Shown here piece by piece: positions 7,074 to 12,302 of a stretch of DNA of 12,302 nt (within the stretch, counting starts at the first letter, position 1; every line of letters starts with the position of its first letter). Below the pieces are notes generated by a model that was given only the letters and a program-made list of their open reading frames with translations, did no database searches and had not been told where the DNA came from. Source of the stretch: Armatimonadota bacterium (GTDB lineage Bacteria; Armatimonadota; Armatimonadia; Armatimonadales; Armatimonadaceae); the NCBI GenBank assembly GCA_043754515.1, contig JAYUUO010000137.1:1-12302 (forward strand). Direction: 5' to 3'. Made by a program: the position numbers and the translations under genes.

Positions 7074-8969
7074 ATGAACGCCATTCCGCTTCTGCTTGTC
7101 GCCGCTTGTGTTTTCGTTCTCGCGTATCGCTTTTACGGCGTGTTCCTCGCCACGAAAGTTTTGCGCCTTAACGCGGCCCGTTTGACGCCCGCTGACACCC
7201 GCGCCGACGGTCGCGACTTCGTCAAGACAAACAAGTTCGTGCTGTTCGGCCACCATTTCGCCGCGATTGCCGCCGCCGGGCCGCTCATCGGGCCGGTGCT
7301 CGCCGCGCAGTACGGCGTGCTACCCGGCGCGATTTGGATCCTGCTCGGCGCCGTTCTCGGGGGGGCGGTGCATGACTTCATCATCCTGTTCGCGTCCGTG
7401 CGGCGTGGCGGCGACGATCTGGCGAAGATCGCGCGCGACGAGACCGGTCCTCTCACCGGCGTCGTGACGCAAGTGGCGGTGCTTCTCATTCTGATCCTTT
7501 CCATGGCGGTGCTGGCAATCGTGGTCGTGAACGCCCTCGCGGAATCCGCCTGGGGGACATTCACCGTGCTCGCGACCATCCCGCTCGCGCTCCTGATGGG
7601 GTTCTGGACACACAAGTTCCGGCCCGGCAAGATCGGCGAGGCGTCCGCTATCGGGGTCGCCGGGCTCATCGCGGCGACGCTCGCGGGGCCGCACCTCAAG
7701 GCGTGGGGGCTGGAATCGCTTTTCTTGCATTCGAAGGAGCATATCGCGCTCGCGCTACCGGTCTACGGATTTATTGCCGCCATCCTGCCGGTCTGGATGC
7801 TACTCTGTCCCCGCGACTACCTCTCGACGTGGGTGAAACTGGGCGTGATCGTGATGCTCGCGGGCGGCATCTTCATCGTCGCGCCCCCGCTCCGTATGCC
7901 GCTCATCACGCCGTTCGTGATGGGCGGCGGCCCCGTCATCCCCGGCCCGGTCTACCCCTTCCTATTCATCACCATCGCTTGCGGCGCGATCTCTGGCTTT
8001 CACAGCCTGATAGCGTCCGGCACCACGCCCAAGATGATCCCGGACGAGGGCGCGATGCGCTTCATCGGCTACGGCGCGATGGTGACCGAAGGGTTCGTCG
8101 CGCTGACCGCGCTGGTCGCCGCGTGCGCACTCCATCCGGGAGACTACTTTGCGATGAACTCGGCGGCTATCGGCGCGATGGTCAAGGGCATGGGCGGACA
8201 CATTGACATGGCTCTCATATCGGCGAAGGTGCAGGCCCTGTCGGGCTACGCGCCGGTCGAGATTCAGAGCCTCTCCGCGCTGATCGGCGAGCGGCTGGTC
8301 GGGCGCACCGGCGGCGGGGTCGCGCTGGCGGTCGGCATGGCGAGCATATTCGGCAAGGTACCGGGGCTGTCGCACCTGCTGGCGTACTGGTACCATTTCG
8401 TGATCGTGTTCGAGGCGTTGTTTATTCTGACCGCCGTGGACACCGGAACGCGCGTCGCCCGCTACGTCATGCAGGACGGTTTGGGGCGCGTTTGGAAGCC
8501 GCTCGGCGACAGCAAAAACCCGGTCGCGGTCGGGTTCGCCGCGCTACTGGTCGTTTCCGCCTGGGGCTGGCTCGTCTATAACGGCTCGATCATGAGCCTG
8601 TGGCCCATGTTCGGCGTCGCGAACCAGCTACTCGCCGTGACCGCGCTCGCGGTCGGCACCACGGTACTCCTGAAAATGGGCCGCGTCCGCTACATCTGGA
8701 CCACGCTCGCGCCGCTCGCCTTCCTGAGCGTGACCGTGTTCGCGGCGGGCATCCTGAACATCGGCAACTTCGCGGGCGCGAAGTTCATTGGGCAGTACGG
8801 CGCGGTGTTCAGCGGTATCAACATCGCGCTCTCGGTCGTGCTCCTCTCGGCGGTGTCGGTGATCCTGTTCACGTCGGCTCGGAAGTGGCGCGAACTCTGG
8901 CACGCGCCGGATCTCGAAGCGGGGGCGCGGACACCGATGGGGGTCACGCTCCCGGCAACGACGCTCTGA
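7074..8969 (+). CDS. cstA: Carbon starvation protein A family transporter (CstA/BtsT-like, peptide or pyruvate uptake), about 631 aa
   Basis: Motifs 'GHHFAAIAAAGPLIGPVLAAQYG', 'LLCPRDYLST', 'FITIACGAISGFHSLIASGTT', 'RTGGGVALAVGMA', 'YWYHF..FEALFILTAVDTGTR' and 'LWPMFGVANQLLA'. The start is moved from 6924 to ATG 7074 because the promoter lies at 7000-7028 and family similarity begins at MNAIPLLL. Confidence 0.93.
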   Translation: MNAIPLLLVAACVFVLAYRFYGVFLATKVLRLNAARLTPADTRADGRDFVKTNKFVLFGHHFAAIAAAGPLIGPVLAAQYGVLPGAIWILLGAVLGGAVHDFIILFASVRRGGDDLAKIARDETGPLTGVVTQVAVLLILILSMAVLAIVVVNALAESAWGTFTVLATIPLALLMGFWTHKFRPGKIGEASAIGVAGLIAATLAGPHLKAWGLESLFLHSKEHIALALPVYGFIAAILPVWMLLCPRDYLSTWVKLGVIVMLAGGIFIVAPPLRMPLITPFVMGGGPVIPGPVYPFLFITIACGAISGFHSLIASGTTPKMIPDEGAMRFIGYGAMVTEGFVALTALVAACALHPGDYFAMNSAAIGAMVKGMGGHIDMALISAKVQALSGYAPVEIQSLSALIGERLVGRTGGGVALAVGMASIFGKVPGLSHLLAYWYHFVIVFEALFILTAVDTGTRVARYVMQDGLGRVWKPLGDSKNPVAVGFAALLVVSAWGWLVYNGSIMSLWPMFGVANQLLAVTALAVGTTVLLKMGRVRYIWTTLAPLAFLSVTVFAAGILNIGNFAGAKFIGQYGAVFSGINIALSVVLLSAVSVILFTSARKWRELWHAPDLEAGARTPMGVTLPATTL

Positions 8970-9837
8970 GCCGCGCAAAGTGGTATTCGCAGTTCTGGGA
9001 GCAGACGCGCAGGGCGGGCGTCGCGGCGCACGCGCGGCAGACAATCCCCGGCTTTCCGCAGTGGCCGCAGGTGACCTTTTCCTTCGCCGGGTCGCCGCAC
9101 AGCGGGCAAAGGGTGTAGGTGCCGGTCGGCTTCAGGTCGCGGTCAACGGCGATCCGCCGGTCAAACACGAAACACTCGCCCTCGAACTCGCCGTCCGGGT
9201 ACTGCTTTAAATAGCCGAGAATACCGCCGCTCAGTTGGGAGACATTTGTATAGCCGTTCTGCCGCATCACCCGCGCCGCCTTTTCGCAACGGATGCCGCC
9301 CGTACAGTACATAAGCACTGTGGCATCTTTCGCGATCCCCTGCCGCCGCACGAAGTCGGGGAACCCGGCGAAGTTCGCGGTGCACGGGTCAATCGCTCTC
9401 CTAAATGCTCCAACGCCGGTCTCATACGTGTTGCAGGTGTCGAGGAGGTAGTCGTCCGTGGTGGTCAGGGCGTGGTGCCATTCGGCGGGCGAAAGGTGCG
9501 TGTCGGCGTCCCCGAACGTTGGAACGATGTCAGGGCGTTTCAGCGTCACGATCTCCTTGCGCACTTCTACTTTAAGCCGCTCGAATACAGGGAACGGCGA
9601 CTCGCTCCGCTTCACGGACAGCGTGCCAAGCTCCGGCACGTAACGTAGCAGGAACGCTAGCAGGTCGTCAACGGCTTCCAGCGACCCGCACATTGTCGCG
9701 TTACACCCCGCCGCACCCAGTAGGAACAGTCCCAGAATATCCCGCGCCTGGCAGAATCCGGCGATCTCCTCCCGGAGCGACACGAACCGCGTCGGTTCCA
9801 GACGCGCGAACTTGTAGAAAGCAACAACCGCAAACAT
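8944..9837 (-). CDS. trhO: TrhO/YceA (UPF0176) rhodanese-domain tRNA uridine-34 hydroxylase-like protein, about 297 aa
   Basis: 'AFYKF', 'RLKVEVRKEIVT', 'MYCTGGIRCEKA', 'QLSGGILGYL' and 'GECFVFDRRIAV' motifs, plus a Cys-rich C-terminus. The likely start is ATG 9837; GTG 9879 is also possible. Confidence 0.88.
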   Translation of the reverse strand: MFAVVAFYKFARLEPTRFVSLREEIAGFCQARDILGLFLLGAAGCNATMCGSLEAVDDLLAFLLRYVPELGTLSVKRSESPFPVFERLKVEVRKEIVTLKRPDIVPTFGDADTHLSPAEWHHALTTTDDYLLDTCNTYETGVGAFRRAIDPCTANFAGFPDFVRRQGIAKDATVLMYCTGGIRCEKAARVMRQNGYTNVSQLSGGILGYLKQYPDGEFEGECFVFDRRIAVDRDLKPTGTYTLCPLCGDPAKEKVTCGHCGKPGIVCRACAATPALRVCSQNCEYHFARLRASLPGA

Positions 9838-9900
9838 AGTTGAGAACCGCAATCTGGGCGACGCCGCGTGGCAGGTCACCGCCCTAACATCAATGCGAAA

Positions 9901-9929
9901 ATGGTAACAGCCCGAGGGGCGGGCGTCAA
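9901..9929 (-). promoter_or_regulatory. Sigma70-type promoter for the trhO-like gene
   Basis: Minus strand TTGACG (9929-9924), 17-nt spacer, TACCAT (9906-9901), with an extended -10 TG. Confidence 0.75.
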
Positions 9930-9998
9930 GGCGTTTTAACTTGCGCTACGGGTTCGGACGCGGACTCGCTCGCGTGACCGCCGGAAGGGTGGCCAAAC

Positions 9999-11459
9999 CT
10001 AATCGCCGCTCACGTACACCTGGTACGCCCACGGCGCGAGAGTTAAAGCGGGTGCGTCGCCGAGCGTAATCGCGCGGGCGTTGAACCAGTCGCGGTATGT
10101 GCCGGACAGCGATGTGCCGCCGAGCGTCGCGGTCTGCTTCCGGTCGCTCAGGTTGACGACGACCAGCACGCGGCCCCGCCCGTGTCGCCGGAGGAAGGCG
10201 TAAACCCGGTCGTCACTTCCCGTGGCGAGTTTGGTGAACGAGCCCTCGGACAGCGCGGGTTGGCTCTGATATAGCCGTAGAAGCCGCTGATAGTATAGCC
10301 AGACGGGAGAGCGATACCGCGCCTCCGCGCGTACCGGGGGATCGGTCTTCCGGAATCCCATCTCCTGACCATTATAAACGAGCGGCTTACCGGGGAGTGT
10401 CGCGCACAACACCATCAGCGGGGCGACTTGCGGCAGCCCGCCGGCGGTGTCAACGGCGGGTCCGTCACCCCAGCCCCAGTCGGCGTGCCCATGCCAGTCG
10501 TGGTTGTCCAGGAAGCGCATCCGAACCGCGCCGCTCGGGTATTCGCGCGCCTCCTTCGCCAGCGCGTCGTCAATCGCAGTCGCCGGCTTATGGCCCGCGC
10601 AGACGTCCCACAAAATGGGGGGCAGGTTCCAGGAGTACGTCATGTCGAAGGCGGGATGCAAGTAGGGGTCGTCGCCCTCGGCGAGCAGGAATACCGGCTT
10701 TACGACGTCCAGTCGCGGCCGTAGCCACGTCCAGAACTCGACCGGTACCTTGCCCGCCCGCCCCGCGACATCGCAACGGAATCCGTCCACGTCGGAGTCG
10801 CGCATCCAGAATGACATGTCGTCGCGCATCCGATCCCAGAGCGGCTGGTTCCAATGGTCCGGCTTGCCGAAATCGAGTTGCGCGACGTCCGCCCAGGGTC
10901 CGGCCTGCGCGATCTGCCCCCCCGCGTCGTGGGCGTAGAACTCGGGGTGCGACGTGATCAGGGTATTGTCCCAGGCCGTGTGGTTCGGCACCCAGTCCAT
11001 CAGCACCCGGAGTCCTAGCGCGTGGGCACGTCGCACCAGATGCCGGAACTCTTCGCGCGTGCCGAAATCCGGATTGATGTCGGTGTAATCGCGCACCGAA
11101 TACGGGCTACCAAACCCTTTCAGGTAGCCGCGCGGGTGTAGCGGCATGAACCAGATTATCCCGACGCCCATCTTCTTCAGCACCGGCAGGTGTTTCTCAA
11201 ACTCGCGCAATGCAGTGCCCTTCGGGAAGCCGTACACGTCCAGATTCACTTCGTAGATCGGCTGGTTTTTGGCCCAGGTCGGCCCCGCCACCGTTTTCGT
11301 CGTCAGTGGGCCGTCCATCGCCGCCCGAGGCGGGGGAATTGCCCCGACCGATGGCGTCAAAAGGCCACCCGAGAAGGCGACCGCGACCGCGACCGGGAAA
11401 GTGACGCGTGCCCTGGTCGGGTGGCGGCCGCGCGAGTTCCGACTTGGCTTTCTATCCAT
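9999..11459 (-). CDS. Secreted GH13 alpha-amylase-family glycoside hydrolase, 486 aa
   Basis: Conserved GH13 regions 'MDWVPNHT', 'DGFRCDVA' (nucleophile Asp), 'LLAE' (acid/base Glu) and 'FLDNHD'; a C-terminal beta domain (YAFLR...VLVVVNLS); an N-terminal basic plus hydrophobic signal-peptide-like segment. Confidence 0.92.
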   Translation of the reverse strand: MDRKPSRNSRGRHPTRARVTFPVAVAVAFSGGLLTPSVGAIPPPRAAMDGPLTTKTVAGPTWAKNQPIYEVNLDVYGFPKGTALREFEKHLPVLKKMGVGIIWFMPLHPRGYLKGFGSPYSVRDYTDINPDFGTREEFRHLVRRAHALGLRVLMDWVPNHTAWDNTLITSHPEFYAHDAGGQIAQAGPWADVAQLDFGKPDHWNQPLWDRMRDDMSFWMRDSDVDGFRCDVAGRAGKVPVEFWTWLRPRLDVVKPVFLLAEGDDPYLHPAFDMTYSWNLPPILWDVCAGHKPATAIDDALAKEAREYPSGAVRMRFLDNHDWHGHADWGWGDGPAVDTAGGLPQVAPLMVLCATLPGKPLVYNGQEMGFRKTDPPVRAEARYRSPVWLYYQRLLRLYQSQPALSEGSFTKLATGSDDRVYAFLRRHGRGRVLVVVNLSDRKQTATLGGTSLSGTYRDWFNARAITLGDAPALTLAPWAYQVYVSGD

Positions 11460-11471
11460 CGGTCCGCCGCG

Positions 11472-11753
11472 TTACTTCCCGCCCACGCCGGATGGCAACG
11501 CCTGTGCGTGCTTCATCTGGTCGAGCATGATCTGCTTCTGGGCGGGCGAAAGGCTCGTGTCCCGGTTGACTTTGGCGATGTCGGACTCGATCCCAGACGC
11601 TGACGGGCGGGACGGCGGCGCGGCAGGCGAATCCGCCGACGGGGGGCGTGCCGCGCTTCGTCCCTCGCCTGGCGTGCAACCCGCTCCCGCGAGAAGGAAC
11701 GCGCAACCCGCCCCAGCTGTCGCGTAATAGACTCGCATAGTTCTGATCTTCAT
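11472..11753 (-). CDS. Small putative lipoprotein, 93 aa, hypothetical
   Basis: SD GAGGAG 5 nt before ATG 11753; MKIRTMR...AFLLAGAG|C26 lipobox-like signal; Pro/Ser/Ala linker, then a predicted helical hairpin (IESDIAKVNRDTSLSPAQKQIMLDQMK). It fills the gap between co-oriented genes (19-nt and 12-nt spacers). Confidence 0.75.
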   Translation of the reverse strand: MKIRTMRVYYATAGAGCAFLLAGAGCTPGEGRSAARPPSADSPAAPPSRPSASGIESDIAKVNRDTSLSPAQKQIMLDQMKHAQALPSGVGGK

Positions 11754-11772
11754 ACTTACTCCTCGAACCCCT

Positions 11773-12302
11773 TTAAGGCAGTGGGTTGAACGACATCGAA
11801 TAATCGCCCTTCCCGTTCGCGCTCTTTGACAGACTGTTCTGCCCCGCGGAAACGTAGGCGTTGTTACCGGCGGGCGGGGGGTTAGGCAGGTCACCGACGG
11901 AGACCGCGCCGGACGTACCGTCCCACGAGCAGTTCAAAAACTTCACATGCCCATCGGCGGCGAGGAAGTTGTCCTGCCCGGCGTGAAAAATGCCGCCGCT
12001 CGCGGCACCCTTGACGTGACGCGCGACATTAACCGGGACGGAGTAGTAGTCCGCGCTGCCGTCGCCGACGAGGCTCTGATCGTCGCCGTTCAGACGGCTG
12101 AAGTTACCGATGCCCGCCTTGAAGGAGTCCGGCGTGCCGGGCCCCGCGTAGCCCGCCCACGCCTGGTCGCCCTCGAAGAGTAGCACCGTGGTACTCGGCG
12201 AGACGATCTGCGACAGGTTCATCGCCTGCGCGAGCTGGGTTTTCGTGTAGTCGAGTAGGTTGGCGTTGCCGGCGTAGGAGATGACATAGGGCTGATAGAC
12301 GG
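11773..12302 (-). CDS. C-terminal part of a third prepilin-type/DUF1559 H-X9-DG protein (5' end outside the window)
   Basis: The frame is open to the window edge: VYQPYVISYAGNANLLDYTKTQLAQAMNLSQIVSPSTTVLLFE... Family motifs SYxxN, 'SPSTTVLLFE' and 'HAGQDNFLAADGHVKF' are present. Confidence 0.88.
   Translation of the reverse strand, partial: VYQPYVISYAGNANLLDYTKTQLAQAMNLSQIVSPSTTVLLFEGDQAWAGYAGPGTPDSFKAGIGNFSRLNGDDQSLVGDGSADYYSVPVNVARHVKGAASGGIFHAGQDNFLAADGHVKFLNCSWDGTSGAVSVGDLPNPPPAGNNAYVSAGQNSLSKSANGKGDYSMSFNPLP

Noticed and set aside
11377..11394. (GCGACC)x3 microsatellite in the GH13 signal peptide
   Set aside because: It is an in-frame hexamer encoding Val-Ala repeats, too short, and it cannot cause phase variation by frameshift.
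1..12302. CRISPR arrays, tRNA/rRNA genes, recognisable riboswitches
   Set aside because: No regularly spaced repeats or recognisable RNA-family signatures were seen; an Rfam/Infernal scan would be needed to exclude them formally.

Overview
GC-rich bacterial window, most likely from Armatimonadota. This is inferred from the '[45 protein letters not shown]' prepilin/DUF1559 signature together with a GntR-LacI hybrid regulator. From left to right it holds: a short 20-bp terminal inverted-repeat element at the window edge; a frameshifted IS630-like transposase HTH remnant; a GT-C/ArnT-like membrane glycosyltransferase (-); a DeoR regulator and a GntR/LacI-hybrid sugar regulator (+); two tandem paralogous prepilin-type/H-X9-DG (DUF1559) genes (+); cstA (+), whose 3' end overlaps a convergent trhO-like rhodanese gene (-); and the 3' part of a minus-strand operon made of a third H-X9-DG pilin-like gene (partial), a small putative lipoprotein and a secreted GH13 alpha-amylase-family enzyme. 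Four near-consensus sigma70 promoters and several hairpins are visible. The best candidate for an under-described system is the repeated coupling of variable pilin-like H-X9-DG proteins with sugar regulators, a small lipoprotein and a glycoside hydrolase, which would be a pilin-based analogue of a polysaccharide-utilization locus. That functional model is inference. All family assignments are from motif recognition; no searches were run.
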